The notes: a model not told the origin generated them from the letters alone. A DNA stretch of 64,000 nucleotides from an uncultured Candidatus Saccharibacteria bacterium (GCA_964650255.1 CAZYQT010000005.1:2006-66005); one strand, 5' to 3'; positions 19,915 through 30,388 are shown, numbered from the stretch's first letter. Made by a program: numbers and translations.

Positions 19915-20415
19915 ATGAATTCAAAGTACCTTTTTACCGCCATCGCTGTGGTAATCGTGGCTATCATCGCCTTGTTTATTTACAATAATAAGAACAAGAC
20001 CGATGTAGCCAGCCAAACCAACTCTGCTACGAATATGAACACCGAGCAGCAGAATAATAGCAACGAAGCTATGGCTAATACTAACGCAACAATAAACACT
20101 AACACCTCGGAGCAAACCAATACTCCAGATGGTAATGATGTCGCTGTATTCGAAGTTGCCTACGATGGCAAAGCTTACTCCCCATCACAATTGAAAATTA
20201 AGAATGGCGATGTAGTGGTGTTCAAAAATGAAAGCACCGAAAGCTTTTGGCCAGCATCCGCACCACACCCTACACATACCATTTACCCAGAGTTTGACCC
20301 GAAAAAGTCTTATGGTCCTGGTACATCATGGCAGTTTAAATTCACAAAGGTTGGTAGTTGGTCGTATCATGATCACTTAAACCCTTCTGCGTTTGGCAAG
20401 ATTATGGTTGAATAA
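19915..20415 (+). CDS. Membrane-anchored cupredoxin-domain protein
   Basis: TM anchor, N/T-rich linker, 'WPASAPHPTHTIYP...F.F...GSWSYHDHL'. Confidence 0.8.
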   Translation: MNSKYLFTAIAVVIVAIIALFIYNNKNKTDVASQTNSATNMNTEQQNNSNEAMANTNATINTNTSEQTNTPDGNDVAVFEVAYDGKAYSPSQLKIKNGDVVVFKNESTESFWPASAPHPTHTIYPEFDPKKSYGPGTSWQFKFTKVGSWSYHDHLNPSAFGKIMVE

Positions 20416-20426
20416 ATGAATCTGTT

Positions 20427-20455
20427 AAAACCGCCCACTTGGGCGGTTTTGTTTT
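20427..20455 (+). terminator. Intrinsic terminator
   Basis: CCGCCC-ACTT-GGGCGG followed by TTTTGTTTT. Confidence 0.8.
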
Positions 20456-20489
20456 AAAGGCAATAAATGGTATAATTTATGGGAGTTTT

Positions 20490-21194
20490 ATGGACATTGA
20501 TACTAAATTACAATCATTTTTACAGGCAAAAGATGGTATACCCCACGCGTTTTTGTTTTTGGGCAATCCGCAGGTAGGCTTAGATGTGGCGCACGATTTT
20601 GCAGCCAAGGTTTCTGGCCAAAAATTTCCGAATGCAGATACAGTTATTTTTGATGCTGCCAATGGAGATGGCGTTCAAGGTATTCGTGAAGTTTTGCAAT
20701 TATCTGCCCTTATGCCAGTAGCTGCATCAAAAAAAGTTGTCCTTATGACTAATATGGATGCCGCCAGTGCGCAAATGCTTAATGCGTTGCTTAAAACCTT
20801 AGAAGAACCTACCCAGCACACAGTGTTTATTTTACTTTCCGACAGGCCGTTGCTTTCCACAGTTATGTCTCGTTGCCAAGTTATTAATTTGCCGAAAAGT
20901 GAATTTGAAACAGAAGCTTCTGCAAAACTTACCGAAGCAGTAGCGCTCTTAGAGACAAATCGCAGTGCTGGTCTTGCCGAACGAATGGCTTTGGTGAGCA
21001 CTCTCGCTAGTTTAGAAGATGACTTGTTGCCCCGAGTAATAGAGCGGTGGCTAGAGCTACAAACTCAGGAATTAAAAAAAGAACCGCAAAAATTTAAAGC
21101 CGTCCGAGCTAGTCTTGAAACTCTTCAAGCCTTACGCGGAAATTTTAATAAAAAAATGGTGTTGCAAAGTTTTGTAACATCAGGATTGGTTTAA
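20490..21194 (+). CDS. holB: DNA polymerase III delta' subunit (short form)
   Basis: 'PHAFLF', 'NALLKTLEEP', 'LLSTVMSRCQ'. Confidence 0.85.
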   Translation: MDIDTKLQSFLQAKDGIPHAFLFLGNPQVGLDVAHDFAAKVSGQKFPNADTVIFDAANGDGVQGIREVLQLSALMPVAASKKVVLMTNMDAASAQMLNALLKTLEEPTQHTVFILLSDRPLLSTVMSRCQVINLPKSEFETEASAKLTEAVALLETNRSAGLAERMALVSTLASLEDDLLPRVIERWLELQTQELKKEPQKFKAVRASLETLQALRGNFNKKMVLQSFVTSGLV

Positions 21195-21206
21195 ATTAAA
21201 ATCAAA

Positions 21207-22259
21207 ATGAAAAAATATATTCTCTTGCTAATTTGCGCCCTATCTTTAACTGCAGCTTCGTGCGACTTGTTCCCGCAAAAAACAGCGGGGATAATTAAAA
21301 CTTCAAACGGCGGTGTAGACTGGCAGGCTACTAATAATCTAAAAGACAACACCGGCACCATTGCTGGCCTAAGTATTTCTAACCTTGCTTTTGATCCTCA
21401 GGCTACTGACATTTTGTATACCAGCAGTTACAACGCTGGCTTGTATAAATCTACTGACGGAGGCGCTAGTTGGGAACAAATTCTTGGTCAAATTCCAGTA
21501 GTGGATTTCGTTGTGCATCCAAATGACTCAAATACAATTTACGCTGCTGGGTATTTCGAAGAGCGGGGCCGGGCGTTAGTCACAAAAGATGGTGGGAAAT
21601 CTTGGAATGCTATTTATAGCTCGGCAACTACTAACACTGCGGTAAGAGCAATTGCGCTTAACCCAAATAATACTTCGCAGGTGGTAATGGGGCTGTCGTC
21701 CGGAGAATTAATTATGAGTGCCGATGGCGGAGCAACCTGGCGACTTGTACAAAGTTATAACGACCGCATTAATAAAATTGTATGGAATAACGAAGGGCTA
21801 TATGTATTAATTAAAGCCACGGGAATTTCCAAATCTAATGATGGCGGCAACACTTTCCAGCTCATAACCTCTAGCTTGCAATCCGCTGGTAATACCAGTA
21901 CGCTGTCTATATTCGGGGACACTATAACGGCCTATAACCAAATGGCAATTAGTACTTCCAATACTAGCCTCATCTACTTAACTACTAACTTGGGGCTATA
22001 TCGATCTCAAAATGGCGGCATCTCATGGCAGTTTGTGAGCATGCCACTGCGCCAACAATCACTTGCCCCAACTGCAGTAGCAATTGCGCGATCGAGTGAT
22101 AATGTAGTCTATGTGAGCGCTAATAGTATTATTTACAAAACTACAGACGCTGGCAGTTCGTGGTCGTCATCTGATACACAGACCAATGGCTTAATAAATG
22201 CGATCTTGATTAACCCTGATTTGCCGCAAGCCGCTTACGCCGGAGTGTACGCAAAATAA
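21207..22259 (+). CDS. Lipoprotein with BNR/Asp-box beta-propeller (YCF48-related)
   Basis: Lipobox-like 'LTAASC' and repeated SxDGGxxW motifs. Confidence 0.85.
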   Translation: MKKYILLLICALSLTAASCDLFPQKTAGIIKTSNGGVDWQATNNLKDNTGTIAGLSISNLAFDPQATDILYTSSYNAGLYKSTDGGASWEQILGQIPVVDFVVHPNDSNTIYAAGYFEERGRALVTKDGGKSWNAIYSSATTNTAVRAIALNPNNTSQVVMGLSSGELIMSADGGATWRLVQSYNDRINKIVWNNEGLYVLIKATGISKSNDGGNTFQLITSSLQSAGNTSTLSIFGDTITAYNQMAISTSNTSLIYLTTNLGLYRSQNGGISWQFVSMPLRQQSLAPTAVAIARSSDNVVYVSANSIIYKTTDAGSSWSSSDTQTNGLINAILINPDLPQAAYAGVYAK

Positions 22260-22283
22260 TTATTAATAATTTAGATTTTCTTT

Positions 22284-22841
22284 ATGTTCGATTCGATTCT
22301 CGCAACCCACAAACCACAATTTGAAAAAACCATGGAGCACTTTCACCATGAACTGTCTTCAGTGCGCACGGGTCGTGCTAACCCGGCATTGCTCGGAACA
22401 GTAATGGTAGACAGCTACGGATCTAAAGTACCAATACAGCAAGTTGCAAACATTACTGTGTCCGATGCTAAAACTTTAACTATTAGCCCATGGGACAAAG
22501 GCCAGATTCAAGAAATTGAAAAAGGCATTATGGCTGCCAATTTAGGCTTTACTCCAAGTAATGATGGTAATGTTGTGCGCATTAATTTGCCGCCGCTTAC
22601 AGAAGATCGTCGCAAAGAAATGGTAAAGCTAGTTGGGCAGATTGCGGAAAATGCTAAAATTGGAATTCGGCAAGTTAGGGAAGATATTTTGAAAGCAGTA
22701 AAACGCGAAGAGTCCGAAGGCAGCGCTACTAAAGATGATGTGGCATCAGCTCAAAAGAAAGTCCAGGAAGTAATTGATGATTACAACAAGCAGATCAAAG
22801 AAATCGCTGAAGAAAAAGAAAAAGAATTAATGACTGTTTAA
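22284..22841 (+). CDS. frr: Ribosome recycling factor
   Basis: 'VRTGRANP', 'PPLTEDRRKEMVK'. Confidence 0.96.
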   Translation: MFDSILATHKPQFEKTMEHFHHELSSVRTGRANPALLGTVMVDSYGSKVPIQQVANITVSDAKTLTISPWDKGQIQEIEKGIMAANLGFTPSNDGNVVRINLPPLTEDRRKEMVKLVGQIAENAKIGIRQVREDILKAVKREESEGSATKDDVASAQKKVQEVIDDYNKQIKEIAEEKEKELMTV

Positions 22842-23980
22842 TGATAATAACAATACTAATTTTTCTACTAGTCCTTTCTCTGCTCGTATTCGTTCACGAA
22901 CTCGGGCATTTTGTCGTGGCCAAACGCAGCGGCATGAAAGTGCACGAGTTTGGATTTGGTTTCCCGCCACGTATGTTTGGTATTCAAAAGGTTGGCGGTA
23001 AATGGAAAATGGTTTGGGGTTACAAAGATACCAAGACTGATGATACAGTGTACTCAATAAACTGGATCCCCCTCGGCGGTTTCGTAAAAATTATGGGTGA
23101 AGATAATGAAACAGCTGAAGATGAGCGCAGTTTTGTACGTAAACCATTCTGGCCGCGCTTTGCAACTTTAGTTGCTGGTGTGGTCATGAATTTTTTGCTC
23201 GCCGGTGTGTTGCTTGGAATAGGGTATATGTCTGGACTTCCTGTTGCCGTGGAGTCAATGGATCAAATTCCTCAGAATGCGCAGTTTAAAGATCGCCATG
23301 TAGCCATTATTGGAGTTGGTGAAGGCACCCCTGCGGAAAAGGCAGGGATTTTGCCAAGTGATATTATTCAATCAGTTAATGGTCAAACTTTTGATACAGT
23401 GGAAGCCTTGCAGGCATATATAAAAGAACACAAGGGTGAGAAACAATCATTCACAATTCAGCGGGTCAATGAAACTAAAACTATAGAAGTTGAAACTTTA
23501 TCTGAACCAAAAGAAGGTCAGGGCGTGGTAGGGGTTGGCCTGGCTTTGTATGGTAAGTTGAGTTTTTCGCCATTGCCCGCTATCGGGCAAGGCTTTAAAA
23601 CAGCTTGGGAGCAGCTCAGTAACATTGCCAGTGGTTTGTACCATTTGTTTACAGCTGGCGAAGGCTTAAAGAGTTTGGGCGGTCCAGTAAAAATTGCGCA
23701 GATCACTGGGCAGGTGGCAGATTTAGGTATAATTCCTTTGCTGCAATTTGCCGCATTCCTTTCTTTGAACTTAGCGCTACTGAACATTTTGCCAATTCCG
23801 GCTCTTGATGGCGGTCGCGTGATGTTCCTTATCATTGAAAAAATTCGCGGCAAAGCAAATAATCCCAAAATTGAGCAGTATGCCAATGCGATTGGCTTCA
23901 TGGTGCTAATTTTGTTAATGTTGGTTATTTCAGCCCGCGACGTATGGCAGCTTGAATCAATTAAAAACTTGTTTAACTAA
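22841..23980 (+). CDS. rseP: Site-2 protease RseP (M50 plus PDZ)
   Basis: HELGH, PDZ domain, 'NILPIPALDGGR'. Confidence 0.93.
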   Translation: MIITILIFLLVLSLLVFVHELGHFVVAKRSGMKVHEFGFGFPPRMFGIQKVGGKWKMVWGYKDTKTDDTVYSINWIPLGGFVKIMGEDNETAEDERSFVRKPFWPRFATLVAGVVMNFLLAGVLLGIGYMSGLPVAVESMDQIPQNAQFKDRHVAIIGVGEGTPAEKAGILPSDIIQSVNGQTFDTVEALQAYIKEHKGEKQSFTIQRVNETKTIEVETLSEPKEGQGVVGVGLALYGKLSFSPLPAIGQGFKTAWEQLSNIASGLYHLFTAGEGLKSLGGPVKIAQITGQVADLGIIPLLQFAAFLSLNLALLNILPIPALDGGRVMFLIIEKIRGKANNPKIEQYANAIGFMVLILLMLVISARDVWQLESIKNLFN

Positions 23981-23981
23981 T

Positions 23982-25436
23982 ATGGCAGATTTTAAAAAAA
24001 GAGATTTAACTCCAAAATCCGAAAACATTTCAGAGTGGTACAACGACGTGGTTGTTCGTGGTGACTTAGCGGATTACTCCGACGTTAAGGGTAGTATGAT
24101 CATCAAGCCAAATGGTTATGCGATTTGGGAAGCTGTCCAGAAAAACTTAGATGCGAAGTTTAAAGAAGCTGGTGTTAAAAATGTTTACTTCCCAATGTTT
24201 ATTCCAATGAGTTTGCTGCAAAAAGAAAAAGATCACTTGGAAGGTTTTTCTCCAGAGCTTGCTGTTGTAACTCATGCTGGCGGTGAAGAGTTGAGCGAAC
24301 CTTATGCGGTCCGTCCGACTTCGGAAACAATTATGTACGATACTTTTGCCAAATGGATTAAGAGTTATCGTGATTTGCCTTTGCTTGTAAACCAGTGGTG
24401 TAATGTGGTGCGTTGGGAAAAGCGCACGCATCCGTTTTTGCGCACTTCGGAATTTTTGTGGCAAGAAGGCCATACTGTTCATAAAACCGCAGATGAAGCC
24501 AAAGAAATGGCTTTGAAAGCATTGAATTGGTACAAAGAATTTTACGAAAATGTGTTTGCGATTTCTCCTTTCGTAGGAATTAAAAGTGATAGCGAACGGT
24601 TTGCTGGTGCGAAACAAACTTATACAATCGAGCTGGTGATGCCAGATGGTAAAGCTTTGCAGGCTGCAACATCACATGATTTGTCGGACAACTTTTCCAA
24701 AGTGTTTAACATTGAATTTTTGAATGATAGTAACGAAAAGGTGAATCCATTTCAAACTTCTTGGGGCCTTTCTACTCGTTCTATCGGTGGTCTAATTTTA
24801 GTTCATGGTGATGATGCAGGTCTTGTGTTGCCTCCAAACGTTGCTCCAACTCAAGTTGTTATTGTAGCTTTGGGTGATAAAGATGCAAGCAAGCAAGAAG
24901 AGTTAAATAAATATGTATCAAAAATAGCTGAACAGTTAAAGTCTGTTGGCGTGCGCGTAATTGTTGATGACGATAATTCGCAGAGCATGGGATCACGTAT
25001 TAATAAATGGGAACTTCAAGGCGTGCCACTTCGTTTTGAAATTGGTGGTAAGGAAATGGCGCACAATGAAGTTACTTGGGTGCGCCGTGATACTTTTGAA
25101 AAGGGGAAGATGAATGCAGATAGTGTAGCCAAGGAAATCCCACAGGTTATTTCTTATATACAAGAGCAGATGCTCGAGAAGTCTAAGAAGATTAAAAGCG
25201 ATTTAACTGCTGAGGCAAAAGATTTTGATGAGTATAAAAACATTCTCGAAACTAAGCGATCATTTGTGCGCGTGTATTGGTGTGAAGAAGCTGAATGCGA
25301 AGCCAAAGTAAAACAAGAAACTAAATCTACTACTCGCTGTTTGGAACTTGAAAACATAGACATGGAAGAATCCGCGGTGTGCTTCCACTGCGGCAAACCA
25401 GCCAAACGCAAGTGGCTATTTGGAATGAGTTATTAG
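23982..25436 (+). CDS. proS: Proline-tRNA ligase (archaeal/eukaryote-type)
   Basis: 'RPTSET', 'FLRTSEFLWQEGH', 'TSWGLSTR', C-terminal Zn domain ending in SY. Confidence 0.95.
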   Translation: MADFKKRDLTPKSENISEWYNDVVVRGDLADYSDVKGSMIIKPNGYAIWEAVQKNLDAKFKEAGVKNVYFPMFIPMSLLQKEKDHLEGFSPELAVVTHAGGEELSEPYAVRPTSETIMYDTFAKWIKSYRDLPLLVNQWCNVVRWEKRTHPFLRTSEFLWQEGHTVHKTADEAKEMALKALNWYKEFYENVFAISPFVGIKSDSERFAGAKQTYTIELVMPDGKALQAATSHDLSDNFSKVFNIEFLNDSNEKVNPFQTSWGLSTRSIGGLILVHGDDAGLVLPPNVAPTQVVIVALGDKDASKQEELNKYVSKIAEQLKSVGVRVIVDDDNSQSMGSRINKWELQGVPLRFEIGGKEMAHNEVTWVRRDTFEKGKMNADSVAKEIPQVISYIQEQMLEKSKKIKSDLTAEAKDFDEYKNILETKRSFVRVYWCEEAECEAKVKQETKSTTRCLELENIDMEESAVCFHCGKPAKRKWLFGMSY

Positions 25437-25508
25437 CTTGCTTTATTGCCTGTCCTGTTCTATTATTATCCCATTCGCTCAAAACTCAAATCTTAGGAGG
25501 TAAGATTT

Positions 25509-25820
25509 ATGCCAGGACATGCACGAGCTTACAAATTATGGTTACTTTTAGTTGTTGTTTTACTGTCTACCCCAATAACTAATGAATTTGGTGTGGCGGC
25601 TGGATTCGCACTATTCATTACCGGTGATTTTTTTATGGATCATACCACTCATCTGCGTCAACACCATGGTGAAAATGACGGCAATCCGCCGCCTGAAACC
25701 GCGATTGAGAGGTGGATGTTAAAACACCATATTGTTTCTCGCGTTTTAGGGGCTGCGTTACTTATACCAGGCTTCCTGATACTTTGTTCCTACATAACAA
25801 GGATAATAAAAATACGCTGA
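25509..25820 (+). CDS. Small orphan membrane protein
   Basis: Hydrophobic 103 aa ORF with AGGAGG at 25495-25500 and TTGCTT-N17-TATTAT upstream. Confidence 0.6.
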   Translation: MPGHARAYKLWLLLVVVLLSTPITNEFGVAAGFALFITGDFFMDHTTHLRQHHGENDGNPPPETAIERWMLKHHIVSRVLGAALLIPGFLILCSYITRIIKIR

Positions 25821-25896
25821 TTTTCATCAGTTTACATCCCCCTAAATTCCAGCTAATATAGATAGAGACGCTGGAATTTTTGATTAAAAATACTTC

Positions 25897-26949
25897 ATGT
25901 TTGAACCCATATTTAAGCGCTTTTCCCAGGATTTGGGAATCGATTTAGGAACCGCCAATACCCTCGTCTATGTTAAAGGCAAGGGCATTGTTATTAATGA
26001 GCCATCTGTGGTCGCTGTGAACCAGCGCACAAAGCAGATTTTGGCTATCGGCTCTGATGCCCAGCGCATGGTCGGCCGCACCCCTTCTCATATCGTTGCA
26101 ACTCGCCCTCTTGTTGATGGTGTGATTTCTGATTTTGAAATTACCGAAGCCATGCTTCGCTACTTTATTGATAAAGTTCACAATCAAACTTATTCTTTTT
26201 TGCGTCGCCCTCGCGTGGTTATTGGAATTCCATCAGGAGTAACAGAAGTAGAGAAGCGCGCTGTGCAAGATGCTGCAATTAACGCTGGCGCGCGAGAGGC
26301 TTACTTAATAGAAGAACCGATGGCTGCTTCCATTGGCGCACGTCTTCCAGTGCAAGAAGCGCAAGGCTCCATGATTGTAGATATTGGCGGCGGTACTACA
26401 GAAATTGCAGTGCTGTCTTTGGGTGGTGTTGTAATTGCTCGTAGCGTGCGTATTGCCGGCGATGCCATGAACGAACACATTGTGCAGTACGCGCGAGATC
26501 ATTTTGGTATGCTCATTGGTATTCGCACTGCTGAAGAAGTGAAATTAAAAGTCGGCTCCTGCTATCCATTGCCAGAACCACTTGCTGCGCAGCTTCGCGG
26601 CCGCGATCTTGTATCGGGATTGCCAAAAGAAATTACAGTCACAGATTCGCACATTCGCGAAGCGCTTCAACCAGCGATTAAAGTGATTATCAACAACATC
26701 AAAGCGATTATTGAAGAGATTCCGCCGGAAATTATTTCTGATATTATGCACCGCGGCATTGTGATTGCTGGCGGCGGCGCTATGCTTCGCGGCTTCGACG
26801 AACTAGTTCAGGATGAAACTCAAATGCCAGTGACAATTGCTGATGATCCCTTAACTTGTGTTGTGCGCGGTACCGGCATAGTAGTAGAAGATCTTGAAAG
26901 CCTCAAAGACGTGCTTTTGCCCACAGATTTCTCTCGCATTCCTCGTTAG
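25897..26949 (+). CDS. mreB: Rod shape-determining protein MreB
   Basis: 'GIDLGTANT', 'IEEPMAA', 'DIGGGTTE'. Confidence 0.97.
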   Translation: MFEPIFKRFSQDLGIDLGTANTLVYVKGKGIVINEPSVVAVNQRTKQILAIGSDAQRMVGRTPSHIVATRPLVDGVISDFEITEAMLRYFIDKVHNQTYSFLRRPRVVIGIPSGVTEVEKRAVQDAAINAGAREAYLIEEPMAASIGARLPVQEAQGSMIVDIGGGTTEIAVLSLGGVVIARSVRIAGDAMNEHIVQYARDHFGMLIGIRTAEEVKLKVGSCYPLPEPLAAQLRGRDLVSGLPKEITVTDSHIREALQPAIKVIINNIKAIIEEIPPEIISDIMHRGIVIAGGGAMLRGFDELVQDETQMPVTIADDPLTCVVRGTGIVVEDLESLKDVLLPTDFSRIPR

Positions 26950-26955
26950 TATTTT

Positions 26956-27040
26956 GGAAAGTTGTTGGCTAAGCAGGGGGTAAGCTAGCGCCAGGCTGCG
27001 TAAGCAGCCGAGAGCGCCCTCTGCGTGCCAATAACTTTCC
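26956..27040 (+). ncRNA. Candidate structured RNA (85 nt rod capped by a GNRA loop) between mreB and mreC
   Basis: GGAAAGTTGTTGGC/GCCAATAACTTTCC, GCAGGGGG/CCCTCTGC, GCT/AGC, GGCTGC-GTAA-GCAGCC; the wobbles are G-U on the + strand. Confidence 0.55.
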
Positions 27041-27056
27041 TATCAATAAAACAAAT

Positions 27057-27857
27057 ATGAGATTCATCTATTCAAAAACTTTTTTAGCATTTGCCAGCGT
27101 TTTGGTTCTGATAGTCATAGGCCTGGTGATGCAAGCCAAAGGTTGGCTGCAGCCAATTGAATATGCACTTCTACAAGCACCACGACCAGTTTCTAATGTT
27201 GTGCGTAGTGTTGCTAATCCCATTCACACCTTTTTCTCTACTTTAGGATCTTTGCGCGGCGTAGTTAGAGAAAATGCCACACTTAGAAACCAAGTGGCAC
27301 AGCTGCAACAGCAACAGGTCCAATACGATAAACTCAAAAGTGACAACGACATCCTGCGCGATGAATTAAAATTTAAAGCCCAATCAAAACAAGTGCTCGA
27401 GCCGTGCACAGTGCTATCAATCGACCCACAGGAATTATCCGACGCAATGGTCTTAAGTTGCGGCAAAGAGCAGGGAATCGAAGAAGGCCAAGCCGTAATC
27501 AGCCAAGGCTACATGATTGCCAAAGTTGCTTACGTCGGCAGCTACACCACAACAGCGCTGCTTATTTCCAATGCGCAGTCATCAATCGATGCCAAGCTTT
27601 CTAAAAACAACACGGAAGGTGTTTTGAAAGGCTCGTTTGGATCGGGAATGGTTTTTGATAAAATTTCTCAAAATGCCGATGTGCAGCCGGGCGATTTAGT
27701 TGTTACCGCAGGAATTAATCCGCGCATCCCTAAGGATATTTTAATCGGTCAGATTGGAACCATACTGTCTGGCTCTAACGATTTGTTCAAAAGAATGAGT
27801 GTAACATCGCCGGTGCGTCAACGCGCAGTGGAGTTTGTCTATGTAGTTAAACAATAA
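27057..27857 (+). CDS. mreC: Rod shape-determining protein MreC
   Basis: TM helix, coiled coil, 'GDLVVTAG...PKDILIG'; synteny. Confidence 0.92.
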   Translation: MRFIYSKTFLAFASVLVLIVIGLVMQAKGWLQPIEYALLQAPRPVSNVVRSVANPIHTFFSTLGSLRGVVRENATLRNQVAQLQQQQVQYDKLKSDNDILRDELKFKAQSKQVLEPCTVLSIDPQELSDAMVLSCGKEQGIEEGQAVISQGYMIAKVAYVGSYTTTALLISNAQSSIDAKLSKNNTEGVLKGSFGSGMVFDKISQNADVQPGDLVVTAGINPRIPKDILIGQIGTILSGSNDLFKRMSVTSPVRQRAVEFVYVVKQ

Positions 27858-27868
27858 TCAATTCAACC

Positions 27869-28399
27869 TTGAGATATATAATTTACATAATTTTAATTGG
27901 TGCGATTGTTGGGATTACTTTTGGCTTGTTCAGCTCCTGGGGGTGGAACGGGTTAGTGCCAGATATGGTTTTGTTGGTTGTAATTGCCCTCTCAGTAATT
28001 TTTGATAATTTTGATTATTTGTTTGTGGCTGCCATTGGTGGGTTTTGGTTAGATGTTGTGTACGGCTTGCCGATTGGCAGCTTTACTATTCCTTTTGCTT
28101 TGTGTGGCGCAATTAGCAGTTACTTTTTGCGCAAATGGTTGTTTTCGGAATTTAGGTGGTATCACTTTGTGATGGCAATTGCAGTGGCAACGATTTTTGT
28201 AAAACTGTGGATTGGGTTTTATGGGAATATGCTGTTCTTGTTCCACTGGTTTTCATTCGGCATTTCCTGGAAACAACTGTTAGGAAATTTAATTTTCGGG
28301 GTTATCGCAAATGTAATTTTGGCTTATCCGATTTATGTAATAGTAGAAATGTTTGCCCGTAGTCAATTGCGCTGGCAAAAGCATCGCATTAGGTTATAA
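27869..28399 (+). CDS. mreD: Rod shape-determining protein MreD
   Basis: Hydrophobic, 'VPDMVL', 'GFWLD'; between mreC and PBP2. Confidence 0.8.
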   Translation: MRYIIYIILIGAIVGITFGLFSSWGWNGLVPDMVLLVVIALSVIFDNFDYLFVAAIGGFWLDVVYGLPIGSFTIPFALCGAISSYFLRKWLFSEFRWYHFVMAIAVATIFVKLWIGFYGNMLFLFHWFSFGISWKQLLGNLIFGVIANVILAYPIYVIVEMFARSQLRWQKHRIRL

Positions 28400-28405
28400 A
28401 TTTTT

Positions 28406-30373
28406 ATGATACCAATACCGCGCAATCCATTCGACATAGAGGGATCAGATTCGGCCCGCAAGGACCGGCGGAGTTTGGATTGGGAAGAAAGTGCCATGGA
28501 TTCCCAAACAGATGTAGAAGGATTTGCCGATGAAGCTCGTACGCCGTTTTCATCTCGCTGGTTACACTTTGGGATTGTGGTGGCGTGCGGCGTAATTTTA
28601 TTTCAACTGTTTAATTTGCAAGTTATGCAAGGTCGAGACTTGCGCGCTTTGGCTGAAGGTAATCGGCTACGTATTCAAACCATTTTGGCGCCACGCGGCT
28701 ATATAGTCGATCGGAATGGCGAACAACTTGCCCGTAACACTGCTAGCTTTAGCTTGGTGGTTACTCCTGCGGACGTGCCGAAAGATGGATTGGACAAGAT
28801 TATCGATCAACTCAGCCAACTGTTAAATATTCCCCGAGAAGAAATTCAGGACAAGCTTAAGGATCTCAATCGCAATTCGCTGCAGCAAATTGTTGTGAAG
28901 CGGGGGATCAGTCAGCAAGAAAGTATTTTATTTGAAACTCGCGCCAACGAGTTTGCCGGCTTCTCGGTGAGGAGTATTCCTATTAGAGAGTACTTAGATG
29001 CAGAAGCATTTTCGCATGCTCTTGGGTACACTGGTGTCATTTCTGAAAGTGAATTAACTGCACTAGAAGAGGAGGATTATGACCCAAATGACTTTATTGG
29101 AAAATCTGGGATCGAGCTGTCCTATGAAAAATATTTGCGAGGGGTAAATGGCAATACCCAGGTTGAAGTTGATGCTAGTGGGCGACCAATTAAATTACTG
29201 GGCAATGTTGAACCAAAGCCAGGCGATATTGTCCAATTGAGTATTGATGCAGGACTCCAAAAACAACTATATAATAGTTTTACAAAACTAGGCGGAAATG
29301 TGAAAGGGGCAGCAGTAGCACTTAATCCAAAGACTGGTGAGGTGCTGGCCCTTGTGTCTGTGCCTGGATTTAACAACAATATGTTTGCGTCAGGTATTTC
29401 CGGCGATGATTACAAGAACTTGCTGGAGAATAAAAACCTACCGTTGTTTAACCGAGCAATTTCCGGGGCTTATCCCCCAGGGTCAACAATTAAAATAATT
29501 GGCGCAGCTGCTGCATTGCAAGAAGGAGTGGTTACAGAAAACACAGTTATCAATGATAACGGTTTGTTGGTTATTCCAAATCAATACAACCCAAGCATTA
29601 AATATAATTTTTACGGCTGGAAGCATAGTGGCTTGGGTCCAATGACAGTTAAGTCTGCGATCGCAGAAAGTAGTGATATTTATTTTTACACCGTAGCCGG
29701 TGGTCATCCAAGTTCTAAAATTCACGGCCTGGGAGCAGACAAGTTAGCGAGTTACTATCGTCGATTCGGCATGGGAAGCGTAACTGGAATAGATATCCAG
29801 GGCGAAAAGCCTGGCCTTGTGGCAGACCCAGCTTGGAAAGCTAATTATTTTGAAAACGATCCGATTTCCAGTAAGTGGTATTTGGGTGACACCTACCATA
29901 TTGCAATCGGTCAGGGTGACATGTTGGCTACGCCACTTCAGGTGGCAGTATGGACTGCGGCAATTGCTAACAATGGCACTTTCAACAAGCCGCATTTGCT
30001 AAAGCAGGTGACTGATCAAAACGGCGGTACCGTGTTTGCACCTAAGCTAGAAAAATTAATTGATTCGCAGATTAGTCAAAGTTTTTTGAAAGCAGTACAA
30101 GAAGGTATGCGTGAAAATGTTATTGGTAGCAATGGAAGCGGGCGTCAGCTGGCCACTTTGTCAATGAGTTCGGCTGGTAAGACTGGTACTTCACAGTTTG
30201 ATGGCGCAGACCCAAGCCGTACCCACGCTTGGTTTACTTCTTACGCACCATACGAAAACCCGGAAATCGTAGTTACAGTTTTAGTTGAAGCTGGTGGTGA
30301 GGGGCATGCTGCAGCTGTACCGATTGCTAAAGATGCGCTAAAATGGTGGGCAGATAATAGGCATGGAAAGTAA
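28406..30373 (+). CDS. mrdA: Penicillin-binding protein 2
   Basis: 'APRGYIVDRNG', STIK (SxxK), SSD, KTG motifs. Confidence 0.93.
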   Translation: MIPIPRNPFDIEGSDSARKDRRSLDWEESAMDSQTDVEGFADEARTPFSSRWLHFGIVVACGVILFQLFNLQVMQGRDLRALAEGNRLRIQTILAPRGYIVDRNGEQLARNTASFSLVVTPADVPKDGLDKIIDQLSQLLNIPREEIQDKLKDLNRNSLQQIVVKRGISQQESILFETRANEFAGFSVRSIPIREYLDAEAFSHALGYTGVISESELTALEEEDYDPNDFIGKSGIELSYEKYLRGVNGNTQVEVDASGRPIKLLGNVEPKPGDIVQLSIDAGLQKQLYNSFTKLGGNVKGAAVALNPKTGEVLALVSVPGFNNNMFASGISGDDYKNLLENKNLPLFNRAISGAYPPGSTIKIIGAAAALQEGVVTENTVINDNGLLVIPNQYNPSIKYNFYGWKHSGLGPMTVKSAIAESSDIYFYTVAGGHPSSKIHGLGADKLASYYRRFGMGSVTGIDIQGEKPGLVADPAWKANYFENDPISSKWYLGDTYHIAIGQGDMLATPLQVAVWTAAIANNGTFNKPHLLKQVTDQNGGTVFAPKLEKLIDSQISQSFLKAVQEGMRENVIGSNGSGRQLATLSMSSAGKTGTSQFDGADPSRTHAWFTSYAPYENPEIVVTVLVEAGGEGHAAAVPIAKDALKWWADNRHGK

Positions 30374-30388
30374 TCGAAGAAAAAACTA

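Noticed and set aside
21173-21200. TGTAAC upstream of the BNR lipoprotein as an ECF promoter
   Set aside because: There is no CGT -10 element at 16-17 nt spacing.
23982-25436. Archaeal/eukaryote-type ProRS as evidence of unusual transfer
   Set aside because: This form is widespread in bacteria, including CPR.
25844-25879. Inverted repeat AAATTCCAGC/GCTGGAATTT over the mreB promoter as an operator
   Set aside because: It is followed by a T run and is more simply the terminator of the upstream orphan gene.
26956-27040. Firm call as SRP (4.5S) RNA or as a terminator
   Set aside because: The apical stem is perfectly paired without the SRP helix-8 internal loop, and there is no U tract; kept only as an unknown structured RNA.
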